A DNA stretch of 64,000 nucleotides. Origin: Eledone cirrhosa. Lineage: Eukaryota. The DNA is taken from contig OZ024741.1 in the NCBI GenBank assembly GCA_964016885.1, positions 288,362,001-288,426,000 on the forward strand, in the 5' to 3' direction. The position numbers and the translations under genes were made by a program. The notes beneath the pieces are model-generated. The model had not been told where the DNA came from. It made no database searches and worked only from the letters and a program-made list of their open reading frames with translations. Of this stretch, positions 12,445 to 26,561 are shown piece by piece (positions within the stretch are counted from its first letter, which is position 1; each line of letters begins with the position of its first letter).

Positions 12445-12980
12445 ATAAGAAACAAAACGAGGATGTAGTTTATGGAACACCCAAATGATCTAGAAGTCGA
12501 CCTAAGGTAGAGACTAACATTAAGAAAGACATGAAGGGCACCACAACACTTTGTTTTGAACATTTTGAAAGTAGGTTTATAAGTATGAATCTTCATAATG
12601 AAGTTGTCTCTGTGGCCTAACGATAGGTACTAGAGACGGTGGAGATCCTGTCCTTGGGTTCAATCCTGAACAAGAGGCGCATGTAATCTTTTTCAATTTT
12701 TGTTTTACATCCCATAAAAAAAAAACTGAAAAAGTTTACCGGAACCCTACTACCGACCAGGTTCGAACTTCAGACCAGAATCACCACCGTTGATGATTCC
12801 ATCAACCAGGGCGCTGAGACAGTTACAAACGTATAATGAAAATTAATAATTATAAACCTACTTTAAAATCAATGTTAAAAGTTGTGGTGTGTACATGGCT
12901 TTCGTAGAACAATTAGTCATATTTAGGGTCGTCTTGTCAATCTTCTGACTCTTTGATAACAACCTTATTATTCCTATGTG
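12445..12980. repeat. Old, diverged fold-back (MITE-like) element
   Basis: Arms share AAAGTAGGTTTATAA/TTATAAACCTACTTT, CACCACAAC/GTTGTGGTG, GAAAGACATG/CATGGCTTTC; boundaries approximate. Confidence 0.55.
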
Positions 12981-13016
12981 TGTTTAACTGTTGAATTAAT
13001 TTAATTTGATTATTGT

Positions 13017-13185
13017 TGGGAGCCCCTACATGGACACACTAGAAGTGGAAGACCAAGGTTAACGTATGTTGATGCCCTAATGACAGACACTGGTCTGTTG
13101 GAGACGCAGGACATGGCAGCGATAATGAGGGACAGAGACCGCTGGAGAGAACTCGTCCATGGATCTCGGGAATTTTACACGCCTT

Positions 13186-13186
<1 letters not shown>
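13017..13186 (+). mobile_element. 3' end of an RTE-clade LINE
   Basis: Near-identical to 55658-55823; followed by (TA)n. Confidence 0.85.
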
Positions 13187-13235
<49 letters not shown>

Positions 13236-13439
13236 CCAGTGGCACACTGGCCAGGTTGCCAGGTTGCACAAAGGCAAGTTGGCCCCAGGAGACACATGGT
13301 AGCATTGCAGGGCCCACTGTAATATTTTAGGGGTCAACGCCTAGCTTTCAAAAAATAAGTCTAAGAGAAAGAATAACATTTACATATATTTATATCTAAG
13401 AATAACACATATTTATATAAATATATATATATACATACT

Positions 13440-13504
<65 letters not shown>

Positions 13505-13644
13505 CACACATACATACATACCCCCCCCCCCGCCACACACACACTCTCTTTGTCTGATTTACTCGTTTTATTTACAATCCTTTAAAATTTATAATGGTAT
13601 TAGAATGAAATAGTATGGTAGAATATTAAATGTTAAGTGTTAAT

Positions 13645-13683
13645 TGAACAAGTACTTTCATGCTTTCGCAATCTTCAGGTTCA
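13645..13683 (-). ncRNA. Minimal hammerhead ribozyme (left arm)
   Basis: Reverse complement of 13757-13795. Confidence 0.85.
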
Positions 13684-13756
13684 TATTGTGTGGTGACAGT
13701 CAAGTTTGCAATTTTCAATAGTTGAAAATTGCAAACTTGACTGTCACCACAGAATA

Positions 13757-13795
13757 TGAACCTGAAGATTGCGAAAGCATGAAAGTACTTGTTCA
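13757..13795 (+). ncRNA. Minimal hammerhead ribozyme (right arm)
   Basis: TGAAC CTGAAGA t TGC gaaa GCA t GAAA GTAC TT GTTCA. Confidence 0.85.
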
Positions 13796-14033
13796 ATTAA
13801 CACTTAACATTTAATATTCTACCATACTATTTCATTCTAATACCATTAAAAAATGTTAAAGGATTGTAAATAAAACGAGTAAATCAGACAAAGTTGGAAT
13901 TCCTTTTATTAATATAATCTTCTATACATAATCATACACAGCCGTGTATATTTATCTCTATATATATATAAATCTATATATACACATGTACATGTACACA
14001 TATACACGTACATGCACACATATACACACACTC

Positions 14034-14176
<143 letters not shown>

Positions 14177-14442
14177 TATATATATATACAAGCAAATTAT
14201 AAACGTAAACATCTAAGTATGTTTTTGAAACGGTGCGCGAGTTTGAAATTAGAAATTAGAAATTATAAGCTTTCACCGTATTTTAGACTAAAGAAATTTC
14301 TAGCCTGATAGTGGGGTTTATAACCCTCGGAGAAATGGAAAAAGATGAGTGTTGCCGTACATGTATCTGATGATTGAAACCAGTAGTACAATGATTGAAT
14401 AAAAGAAAATGTATATATATATATAAAAGCTTATAATTTCTA

Positions 14443-14563
<121 letters not shown>

Positions 14564-14716
14564 TCTCTCTCTCTATATCTCTATATCTCTCTTTATATAT
14601 ATATCTCTATATATATCTATCTCTATATATATATATCTCTATATATATATATCTCTATATATATATATCTCTATATATATCTATCTATCTATCTATCTCT
14701 ATATATATATATATAC

Positions 14717-14880
14717 GTTATTCCGGGTTGAATCGGAGGTAACCACAGTAAGTAAGGTACTCAATACATAGCAGAGTATAACAGTTTTAATATAGATGAG
14801 ATTCTACAGGACTAGAACTGTTTCATTCATTAGCTGATGATTTCTAATGAATGAAACAGTTCTAGTCCTGTAGAATCTCA

Positions 14881-14889
<9 letters not shown>
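14717..14889. mobile_element. Short fold-back HHR element (related copies at 24937-25080, 32835-32900, 50307-50410, 56250-56443)
   Basis: 45-bp inverted arms around CTGATGATTT; flanked by (TA)n. Confidence 0.8.
14831..14870 (+). ncRNA. Hammerhead ribozyme
   Basis: TAG CTGATGA t TTC taat GAA t GAAAC agttcta GTC CTG. Confidence 0.7.
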
Positions 14890-14948
<59 letters not shown>

Positions 14949-15010
14949 ATATATATAGTGAAAGAGTGAAGAATAACATGGTCCACAGTACAAAAAGGGT
15001 TTTATTTACA

Positions 15011-15112
15011 ATATTAACAATTGTTTCATTGGTTATAAGTTGTCTTAAAATTGCTAATCACTTGAAGTTGTGTCACTCAATTTTAAATATATTAACCAAA
15101 TCATCGGAAAAA
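15011..15112 (-). ncRNA. Hammerhead-like motif (CCGATGA core) inside the inverted repeat 14956-15193
   Basis: CCGATGA t TTGGTTA...TAACCAA t GAAA CAATTG TT; stem I weak. Confidence 0.5.
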
Positions 15113-15647
15113 CTATTAACTATTAACAATTGTTAATATTGTAAATAAAACCCTTTTTGTACTATGGACCATGTTATTTTTCACTCTTACACTATTATTA
15201 CTCCAAGATTAACTTACATAGGAACTCCCGAGAACTTATATACTCGATACCTAAGTAAGCCTCTTGTTGAGTCAAACAACGCCGTACGCTAAGACTATCC
15301 ACAATTACCTATAACGATAACTTGTTATCCCTTATATATATATATTGAGTAAATGTGAAAGGCCAAAGGTCATTATTGAAAGTCTCTGGATTTCGCAAAA
15401 TATATAATTTTTTTTATAGGAGAAGGTAAGATATTTTTCTGCAAAAATTTGATTGCACTGTTCTGTTTCCACTTATGTATTTTTTCAAAATGTTATTTGT
15501 TCGTTATAAAAATTAAATGATAGCATTCTATATGTATGTGGGCCCCCTTTACCTCCTGACAACCAATACTTTAAAACCCAGTCCGCCACCGTATATATAT
15601 ATATATGTATACACACACACATACACCGTTCATCAATTACCTTGGGA

Positions 15648-15701
<54 letters not shown>

Positions 15702-15739
15702 TCCCAAGGTAATTGATGAATAGTGTGGTTTCGGCCCCT

Positions 15740-16315
15740 AATTGCAGAACAGCCAACCAAATATTCACTCTGCGGTAAGTATATGCTTATTTCATGGAAC
15801 CTGAAAAGGCATATGACCGCGTTTCTTAAATAGTTCATGAAACCAGGAAGTGACTTACATGCTATAGCTTTAGTGTACAAGTAAGTTTTCTGCCTGCTTG
15901 AGTTTGATTGACGTGGCATGCTTTATGCTGCTGTATTAGCCCACCTGCAGAGTAACACACTTTGGTACAGATGCCACATGCAAAATTATGGTGCATGTAG
16001 GACTCAAAGGTGTTATTTTCATGAGTATGATGTCTGCTATGGTGAAGTAGCCCAGCGTTGGACATGCATACACGTCTGCACCTCTCATGGGTAAGAATCA
16101 TTTTCGATCCCCGTTCTGCCAGCCGATCAATAGCCGGTATATATTTAATTGCTCACTTCACTTCAGTATAGGGTTTCTACTTCTGTTTAAATTACTTAAC
16201 ACGGTGGCAATCATATTTCGCCACTGGGCTCTCTCTCTCTGTTGCCATATTTCCCCAAATGTTGGTGTTGATGTTGGCTTTCTTTAGAGTATTTTCAGGC
16301 AGTCTTTGAATACGG
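15740..16315 (-). mobile_element. Decayed 3' end of an RTE LINE with C2H2 zinc fingers
   Basis: CERC RRVCMSNAGLLHH-like and FACGICTKVCYSAGGLIQQHKAC motifs; related to 33430-33860 and 60930-61400. Confidence 0.7.
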
Positions 16316-16384
16316 GTTTGTCAGAGATGTTACTATATTGATCATAAAGTTGCTGGATAAGCAACAACAACAGCAATAATAACG

Positions 16385-16600
16385 ATTTCTAGTATAGGCA
16401 CAATGCCAGTAATTTGGGGGAGGGGACAGTCGATTAAATCGAGATCAGTACGTTACTGGTGCTTTATTTTATCGATTCCATAAGGATGAAAGGCAGAGTT
16501 AACCTTAGCGGGATTTGAAATCAGACCGTAAAGGACCATAACTTTATGCTGCAAAGCATGGTGTCCGACGCTCTACCGATACTGCCACCCACTGCCCTAA
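16385..16600 (-). mobile_element. SINE family A
   Basis: Reverse-complement match to 4559-4747. Confidence 0.85.
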
Positions 16601-17430
16601 CAATAGCAATAATGACAACAACAAGAACAGCAGCAATAGCCGCAACAAAAACGACACGATCAACAACAACAACAACAACTCCTCCTCCTCCTCCTACTAC
16701 TCCTACTACTACTACTACTACTAGAGAAGACAAGGATTCCTTCACGAAATTACCATTCTAGAATGCGGTGTAAACTTCTGTAAAAAAGAAATATCCTGTG
16801 ATCTTAAAAAAGTAAAGAACAGTTCTTCAATAGATTGTGTGTGTGCATCCCCGTCCCTGTAAGGGGACACTGGATAACACTGCTCCCCTCCATTTCTATG
16901 GTGCCCCCTGAGATGTAGATAACTTTAAGGTGATATGCTTATTCCAAACTTTCCCATAGAATTAGATTGCTCACTTAGAATATTCCAAAGGACAACTGAA
17001 ATGCCAAAGTTTGGTGACGGACCTGCTTAGCATTTTGACAAATACATATTGGGATCAATATGATCGGCTAACTTCGTTCAAAGCAGTGGCCGAGCATGGC
17101 GGTAATCTGATGATTGAAACCAGTAGTACAATGATTGAATAAAAGAAAATGTATATATATATTAGTTGAGGTTTGTAAGTTATTTTTTTCTTCTTTTTCT
17201 TTGCCCATTTATTTCTGAGAGGGTCGTGGGGGAAAGGGTACTGAAACATTCCTTCCAGAGGGTCCTATCAGAAACAACCGTCTCCAATTGATCCGGACAA
17301 GTTTAAAAGTTATCTCCCTTAATTTAAAAGTTGCGTCTCTTGTCTATCGTATTTAGATTATGTCCCTTTAACCTATCATTCCTATGTTACTAACCATACA
17401 TTTCTTTTCAGCCCTCCACCCACAGTCTTT

Positions 17431-17560
<130 letters not shown>

Positions 17561-18049
17561 TCACATATTAATATACACATTCATGAGCAAACGTGCTAAC
17601 CTCTATTTGGTTGTCCGACGTGTTAGGAATAACATGGATGTATCCTTTAAACAACACTCTACAATTTTATAAGAACTGGACAACGGGATCCCTGATATAC
17701 AAAGTCGATGGACAGATATTAGGTATAATAATTAATTGGTATAATTTTATTACACTAGAATTTTTTCAACACGCTGACGCGTATGTGTATATGTGCGTGC
17801 GTGTGTGTATGTGCATATGCATACATTTATATGTATGAGTATATAAATATAAATGCGCAAACAGACACACTTACAAACATACTCACATACATACATTCAC
17901 ACAAATACACATGCATTCACACAAACACACACATACACAAACATACACACACACAGCGTAGCAAATGAAACGTCAGTCGCTGTTTTGCTATAGTTTTTTC
18001 AGCATCTCCTTCCTTCCTTTTACACACACATACATTCACACACACGCAT

Positions 18050-18084
<35 letters not shown>

Positions 18085-18099
18085 TTCACACACACGCAT

Positions 18100-18217
<118 letters not shown>

Positions 18218-19169
18218 TGTGTGACGGACGGAAGTCGCTAAAATGTGAGACTAAACAGTAATAACATACAATATACAAGTATATGGTCACATCATGGATA
18301 GATCCAGGAAGGTTTTAATAGGAATATTTAAAGAGCTTTGCTGAAACATTCGTTTCACTAATCTAATGATATCCAACTTCCTGGGTCTAACATCAGACTT
18401 ACAGTAAGGCAAACACTATTCTTCCATAAAATTGAATCAGGACACCATTATATCTAAAAAATTTCTACCCCCACTCCTTTCCACGCCGGCCATAATTAGG
18501 AAACGTGAGGCTGGAATAAGTAGAATTCCCTATCTATCCTCATATATGGTTATCTTCAATAGGGCAGCCTTCCATTACAACGGTAAATTAAATAAAGGCG
18601 ACTTCACCGAAAAATAGTTACTCACCACATAACAATAAAACTATGAAAAGGAATGTAATTCAGTCAACAACCTAGAAGCTACTACTAACAGAATATCATT
18701 TCTGTCCATACACAAATAACAGAAGCTCTTTAATTCATACAATGTTAAAGTCAACCACTCATGTGTGGAAAACATAGCTTCCCAGATCAAATATTACACC
18801 GGCAAACATCCACAGTCTCAGCAACCAATATGTAACAGCCGAGACTTCGTGATTATTCAAGGGTTCCTGCCTATCTTAGGCCCATAAAAAGGAATGTTAT
18901 GGGCCTAATAGCAGATTGTTTCAAGGAGCTTCAACAGGTGCACTCATTCAGATCAAGGACCCAGAAAATTCTTCTTTTTACGATACATAGTTTTCCACGG
19001 GCAGTTGTTCTGCAGGTTGCAACAAATTAGATCCCGTGACCAACCTTAACTAATAAATAACTGGTCTTACAAGAGCACCTACAATCTTTCACGACCCCTT
19101 ATAATTCTCTAACATCGCGTGAAGTATATAGCCTGTAACTATGCTCACAGTCATGTGTGTATATGTTAT

Positions 19170-19455
19170 ACATCCGTCGGCTCCAACGACGAAGGTACTA
19201 GTTACTTGATCCAGGAATAAATCATGTGTAAGTGGCTGAGCATTCCACAGACCAATGTATCCTTGACGTAGTTTTCATGGGGATTCGGGATAACAAGGCT
19301 AGTCTTTTGAAATACAGGCATAACTCATTTTTACTAGCTGAGAGTACCGTAGCAACTTGAATAAAGTATCTTGCTCAAGGACATAGCACACTTCTTGGAA
19401 TTGAACTCATGACCTTACAATCGTTAGTCCATCACCCTAACCACTAAGCCACGGG
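19170..19455 (-). mobile_element. tRNA-derived SINE (family B-like head)
   Basis: Minus strand GTGGCTTAGTGGTTAGGG (A box), GAGTTCAATTCC (B box), GTCCTTGAGCAAGATAC. Confidence 0.75.
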
Positions 19456-19759
19456 CCATCCCATGTAAATACATCCTGCGGCTGAACCACATTGCGTTCA
19501 CTGAAGGACGATCCCGCGGATGACTGGTCTAGTCTTCCTTGGTACTGCCGTGTTGTATGTGTCTACTATTTTTCATGCTTGCATAGGTTGAAGGGGCTGT
19601 CACGTTCTGAGGCTTGACCGTCCGGGTGAATATGGTTTTGATCATACATTCGATTTTTGGCAAAGTTTCTACAGCTGTATGCCCTTTCTAACGCCAACCA
19701 CTTTACAGCATATGTTGGAAGCACTTTATTGTTGCCTTAACATTGCCGCCTAACAGAGA

Positions 19760-20628
19760 AAGTTGTGCATGGGTACCTGGGACGTAAAACATAGAGGGGA
19801 TAAAACATTAAAAAAGCTTGGCATGGAGTTCCGACAAGTTTATGACATCCCACCTTGAAGGATACATACATACATACATACATTACACCTTGAGGGATAT
19901 CTCTATGCAATACAGGAGCAAGAAATCCCTACCAAATATCTGCTACACAAAAGAGGAGGGCCATCAGTCGACAATAAATGTAGGCTTTGTAAAACAAAGA
20001 TGTTAGCCACATTGTTGCCAACTGCGAAATAATGTCGTCTCGTTACTACCTCCCTATGAGACACGACGTGATAGCTAGAACCATCTGGAACGCACTTAGA
20101 AAAATAAAATTAAAAACAAATGAGGAGGAATTTGTTGAGATAGATGGCACTAAAGAATGGTGGTGGAATCTGAAAATAAAAACTGCCATCAAATTAAAGC
20201 ACAAACGGCCTGATATTGTTGTTTGGGACCATTCATTGAAAACGTGCTCTGTTGTAGAGACAACTGTCCACTTGATGACAACGTTGTAAGAAAAAACAAG
20301 AGAAAGAGGACATCTAACATCTATGGATCATTAATGAGGAGTTTGCAGATCCAGTATCCAAGATACACCTTCAGCTTCATAGCCATCATTATTGGAGCTA
20401 CAGGTTGTATACCAACCCGCTTAGACCAAAGTATAACTGAACTTGGATTTGTGGACAAAGAGCGCAGCTCCTTACCTCATAGACTACAAATGGCTGCGAT
20501 AGCTGGCACCTTCAAAATTTGCAAAACATTCTTGCGATTCAAGGGATGACAATTTCTTTTCTTTTACAACCTTGCCACCAGGAAAGTTGCAGGTCAGGAA
20601 TGTACTCGAAATTAAGAGAAAGAGAAAA
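19760..20628 (+). mobile_element. R4/Dong-clade LINE 3' fragment
   Basis: SHLEGY, CRLC, RHDVIAR, RPDIVVWD, IIIGATG; same family as 3047-3797. Confidence 0.88.
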
Positions 20629-20809
20629 GAAACACACACACACACGCACCCCCCCCCCCACATCATTATATATACCATTGAGAGATAATGTAGTGAAACT
20701 GGTAGAATCCAGTTGTAAAAATGTTAAACTTATTAATAGTGTTAGCAGACGTTGTGGTGTAGGTGTTGGCGGTGTTGTGGCTGAGGGTGTTGTTGGTGTT
20801 TATAGTGTT

Positions 20810-21520
20810 GTTGTTGTTGGTGGTGCTGGCGATGAGATTGGTGTTATTAGTGGTATTGTTGGTGCTGGCGATGAGATTGGTGTTGTTAGTGGTATTGTAG
20901 TTGGTGGTGCTGCTGGCGATGAGATTGGTGTTATTAGTGGTATTGTTGGTGCTGGCGATGAGATTGGTGTTGTTAGTGGTATTGTTGTTGGTGGTGGTGC
21001 TGGCGATGAGATTGGTGTTGGTGCTGGCGATGAGATTGGTGTTATTAGTGGTATTGTTGTTGGTGGTGCTGGCGATGGGATTAGTGTTGTTAGTGGTATT
21101 GTTGGTGGTGGTGGCGATGAGATTGGTATTGTTAGTGGTATTGTTGTTGTTGTTGGTGCTGGCGATGAGATTGGTATTGTTAGTGGTATTGTTGTTGTTG
21201 TTGGTGCTGGCGATGAGATTGGTATTGTTAGTGGTATTGTTATTGTTGGTGGTGCTGACGATGAGATTGGTATTGTTAGTGGTATTGTTGTTGTTGTTGG
21301 TGGTGGTAGCGATGATATTGGTATTGTTAGTAGTATTGTTGTTGTTGTTAGGGGTGTTGGCGATGAGATTGGTGTTGTTAGTGGTATTGCTGTTGTTGTT
21401 GTTGGTGCTAGCGATGAGATTGGTGATGTTAGTGGTGCTGGCGATGAGATCGGTGTTGTTAGTGATATTGTTGTTGTTGGCGGTGCTGGCGATGAGATTG
21501 GTGTTGTTAGTGGTGTTGGT
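20810..21520. repeat. Variable-length minisatellite (GGTGCTGGCGATGAGATTGGTGTTGTTAGTGGTATTGTT)
   Basis: Direct inspection. Confidence 0.9.
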
Positions 21521-21527
21521 GGTGACG

Positions 21528-21588
<61 letters not shown>

Positions 21589-21730
21589 CGGTGTTATTGT
21601 TGTTGTTGTTTCTAGTGGTGGTGATGGTGGTGTTATTGGTGTTGTTGTTGGTAGTATTGGTGGTGTTGGTGTTGTTATTGGTGGTGACGTCGTCGTCGTC
21701 GTCATCGTCATCGTCGTCGTCGTCGTCGTC

Positions 21731-21773
<43 letters not shown>

Positions 21774-21914
21774 TAGTAGTAGTTGTTGTTGTTGTTAGTG
21801 GTGGTGGTGGTGGTGAGTGGTGGTGGTGGTGGTGGTGGGAGTACTGTTGCTGATGGTGGTCACGGTGCTGCTCTCATTTGTTACATTTGCTAGAATGGAT
21901 TATGATGGCTGATT

Positions 21915-22970
21915 GGGGTGGTGGTGGTGGTGGTGGTGGTTATGGTGGTGGTGGTAGCTGCTGGTGTTGGTGGTGGTGGTGGTAGCTGCTGGTGTTGGTG
22001 GTTGTGATGGTGGTGGTGGTTATGGTGGTGGTGGTAGCTGCTGGTGTTGGTGGCGCTGGTGGTGGTGGTTATGGTGGTGGTGGTAGCTGCTGGTGTTGGT
22101 GGTGGTTATGGTGGTGGTTATGGTGGTGGTGGTATCTGCTGGTGTTGGTGGTGGTGGTGGAAGTTGCTGGTGTTGGTGGTGATGGTGGTGGTGGTTATGT
22201 GGTGGTGGTAACTGCTGGTGTTGGTGGTGGTTATGGTGATGGTGGTAGCTGATGGTGTTGGTGGTGTTGGTGGTGGTGGTGGTGGTTATGGTGGTGGTGG
22301 TAGCTGCTGGTGTTGGTGGTGGGGATGGTGGTGGTGGTGGTGGTTATGGTGGTGGTGGTAGCTGCTGGTGTTGGTGGTGGTGGTGGTGGTGGTTATGGTG
22401 GTGGTGGTGGTGGTGGTTATGGTGGTGGTGGTGGTGGTGGTTATGGTGGTGGTGGTAGCTGCTGGTGTTGGTGGTGGTTATGGTGGTGGTGGTAGCTGCT
22501 GGTGTTGGTGGTGGTGGTGGTGGTGGTTATGGTGGTGGTGGTGGTGGTGGTTATGGTGGTGGTGGTAGCTGCTGGTGTTGGTGGTGGTTATGGTGGTGGT
22601 GGTAGCTGCTGGTGTTGGTGGTGGTGGTGGTGGTGGTTATGGTGGTGGTGGTGGTGGTGGTTATGGTGGTGGTGGTTACTGCTGGTGTTGGTGGTGGTGG
22701 TGGTGGTGGTTATGGTGGTGGTGGTGGTGGTGGTTATGGTGGTGGTGGTGGTGGTTATGGTGGTGGTGGTAGCTGCTGGTGTTGGTGGTGGTTATGGTGG
22801 TGGTGGTAGCTGCTGGTGTTGGTGGTGGTGGTGGTGGTGGTTATGGTGGTGGTGGTAGCTGCTGGTATTAGTGGTGGTGGTTATGGTGGTGGTGGTAGCT
22901 GCTGGTGTTGGTGGTGGTGGTTATGGTGGTGGTGGTAGCTGCTGGTGTTGGTGTTGGTGGTGGTGGTGGT
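21915..22970. repeat. (GGT)n-based minisatellite (GGTTATGGTGGTGGTGGTAGCTGCTGGTGTTGGT)
   Basis: Direct inspection; the reading frame shifts between units. Confidence 0.9.
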
Positions 22971-23670
22971 CGTGGCGTTGAGATTTTCATACAAACTGAA
23001 CATCGTTCTTTACTTAAATTAACCATTTTAGATTTGACAACTTCCGATGTACAGAAGCAGCAGCAGCAGCAGCAGCAACAACAACAACAACAGTAACAAC
23101 TTCCGATGTACAGAAGCAACAACAACGACGACGACGACGACAACAACAAAAACAACAACAACAAAATAAAATAAAAGTAATAAAGATATAAAAAGATGAA
23201 ATAAAGAGTCTTTAATCTAATTGTGGTGATAAAATATACTGCTGGGCACTATAATCATGTAATCTCTCTCTCTCTCTTACTCCCTCTTGCCCCTTTCTCT
23301 CTCCCCCTCTCTCCCTTTCTCTTCCTCTCTCTCTCTAACTCTCTCTCCCTCTTTCTCTGACTCTCTCTCTATCTAACTCTCCCGCTCTCTCTCTCTCTAT
23401 TACGCACTCTCACTCTCTCGCTCAACACCGACACACACACACATACATACATACATACATACATACACACACACATGCATACATACATACATACGTACAT
23501 GAATACATACATACATACGTACATGCATGCATACATACATACATACATACATACATACATGCATACATACTTGCATACATACACATACATACATACACTC
23601 ATGCACAAACACACACATACACAAACACATACACACACATATATATATGTACACACACATATTTATTATA

Positions 23671-23734
<64 letters not shown>

Positions 23735-24013
23735 GTGTGTGTGTGTGTATGCATGTGTGTATTATGAGTTTGCGAGTGTGTATGCGAGAAAGATAGAGAT
23801 AGAGTGTGTGTAAAACTCTATCTGACTCATTCTCTTCTCAGTCTCTCTTCCTTTCTCTCTCATACACATCCTCTGTCCCATCATACTTCTTTCTTTTTCC
23901 GCCATTCCTTCTTCCTGTCCTTCATTTTGTTTTCATTATATCTTTTTCTTTCTACAGCCCCCACACATATATATATATAGAGATTTACATATGTATATAT
24001 ATAAGTATATACA

Positions 24014-24072
<59 letters not shown>

Positions 24073-24077
24073 GTATG

Positions 24078-24234
<157 letters not shown>

Positions 24235-24237
24235 GTT

Positions 24238-24290
<53 letters not shown>

Positions 24291-24293
24291 GTT

Positions 24294-24330
<37 letters not shown>

Positions 24331-24342
24331 GTTTATATATAC

Positions 24343-24380
<38 letters not shown>

Positions 24381-24786
24381 CTATTTACACATATATACAC
24401 ACGTATAGATAAACTTATCTCTGTCGAACAAATGTTATATAAAGATATCCCGATATACCGATATTATGTTTTATCCAAAATGGCCGACCACCCAGCTTCA
24501 TTGTTGATATCAGCAACACAAAGTTTAACGGTTTTAAGACATCGTCACGTCTGCCTTAATAGTGTTGAATTTATATCTGATAGAAACTTTCCACTTCTGT
24601 CACATAAACCTTTTCGCTTGAATGACAACGGAGTGTCGGGTTGTAATTTGGAATATAAATAATGTAAATCAATTTTAAAATTATCAAGTCGAGGAGTTGC
24701 GAAACGTCTCTCTCTCTCTACATACATACATACATACATACATACATACATACATACATACATACAAGAATACATACATACATACA

Positions 24787-24819
<33 letters not shown>

Positions 24820-24864
24820 GCATACATGCACACACACATACATACGTACATACATACACACACA

Positions 24865-24934
<70 letters not shown>

Positions 24935-25018
24935 TTATCTCAGGTTCAATCGGGGGTAACCACAGTAAGTAAGGTATTCAATACATAGCAGAGTATTCAT
25001 TCGGGAGAAATCATCAGG

Positions 25019-25059
25019 AAGCTGATGATTTTATTCCAAATGAAACAGTTCTAGTCCTG
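25019..25059 (+). ncRNA. Hammerhead ribozyme (14831 family, diverged)
   Basis: AAG CTGATGA ttttattccaaat GAAAC agttcta GTC CTG. Confidence 0.55.
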
Positions 25060-25794
25060 TAGACGTCATTTCTATATTAAATATATATATATATATACAT
25101 GTGTGTGTGTGGGTGTGTGTGTTGTAAAGACTAGCTTCATAGCATTAATAATATAAGCATCTATAGAAGAAATGGTACAATGTGACAGGAGTTTCGACTG
25201 TAAAGAGTATAAGAAAGATGAAAGAATTAAAAAAGTCAACAACAGTTTAACGTAGATGAAGAATCTTCTGCTCTTTACGAAAGGTCAATTCCAATATTTA
25301 GTCTTAGTTTACTATTTAGAGATTCTACTTACATTGATAACCACAACAAAATTATTTGAATGTCTGGACATACACATATTCATGATATAGAATCTACAAT
25401 TATGAACACATGCCACAGCTCAGTCATAGCTGTGACAACAAAACAAAATAAAGAAGTTATAGAACATACACCGACAAATACACTCGTATATGTATAAACA
25501 CACACACAGATACACACACGCGCGCACACACACAGACACTCACCCACACACGTTCGCATACACACGCACTCACACACCTATACACACTCGCACACAAATA
25601 GACACATTTGCATACACACTCTTCTCACACGTATGTGTCAGAAGTAAACATCACATACATACATATATATATATAAGCAGAAGGGATATTCAATTTGTTG
25701 GTAATTCAACAAATATAAATTGACTATCCAAGGAAAACTTGAACCGTTAAGGTATATTCTCCTTGCTTATGTCAAAATTTATAAAACACACTCG

Positions 25795-25855
25795 TATTTT
25801 ATCTGATGATAGCGTACCAACATTTTGGTACCCTTGAAATATATATAATAGAATA
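25795..25855 (+). ncRNA. Type I hammerhead ribozyme
   Basis: TATTTTAT CTGATGA t ag c GTACCA acattt TGGTAC c ct t GAAA TATATA TA ATAGAATA. Confidence 0.85.
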
Positions 25856-26035
25856 AATATGGTTTTATAAATATAGTTTCCATTTATTTAATATCATTGT
25901 ATATATATATATATATATCAAGATAAGCAGAACAAGTAAAATTCAACCAATTTTTCAAAATAAATCAAAATTAATATACAATTAAAATTAATCAAAATTA
26001 AAAAATATAATATAAATATTTACCTATTCAAATGG

Positions 26036-26113
26036 CCCTAACTGTACAGTTTCACGGTGCAAAACATTAAATATCACCAGGATATTAATGGAAAAGCAAC
26101 GATCATCAGAGAA
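26036..26113 (-). ncRNA. Hammerhead ribozyme (repeat 1)
   Basis: CTCT CTGATGA tcgttgc...gcaccgt GAAA CTGTACAG TT AGGG. Confidence 0.8.
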
Positions 26114-26561
26114 GCATTTTCCTGTCCTAGGGTTAAAAACCCCAGGAACGACAAAATATATGACCTCACTCCAACTAATACAGGTCTAAAAGGTCGTGAA
26201 AGTGACCCGTAAATACATTGGTGTATAGTGAAGGCGGGAAATCGTAGACTCGCCGTCTATAGCTCGCCACTAAAAAAAGATTTTTAGTAACTAAATATAA
26301 CGACAAATTTGTATCTCTACATATGGAGATTATTGAAAAAGGTTAATATATATCTGAGGGTACAATGTACCCCCGGAAATATATAGTGTGTCTATGATTT
26401 AAGGTGGTTCTATGGTAATAATTTGATATACCAGAACATAATATCAAGATAAGCAGAACAAGTAAAATTCAACCAATTTTTCAAAATAAATCAAAATTAA
26501 TATACAATTAAAATTAATCAAAATTAAAAAATATAATATAAATATTTACCTATTCAAATGG

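Larger units (their letters stand above)
13548..13893. repeat. Near-perfect inverted repeat, arms about 170 bp, 3-nt loop
   Basis: 13548-13718 is the reverse complement of 13722-13893. Confidence 0.95.

Noticed and set aside
14366-14422. CTGATGA-TT-GAAA hammerhead (also at 17107)
   Set aside because: No stem II and no stem I pairing; just a 58-bp dispersed repeat
20519-21853. 444-aa ORF, or mucin-like ORF on the opposite strand
   Set aside because: Starts in a LINE end and runs through a minisatellite that is open in several frames
21915-22970. Glycine-rich (GGGY) structural protein
   Set aside because: The frame shifts repeatedly between units; simple (GGT)n-derived repeat
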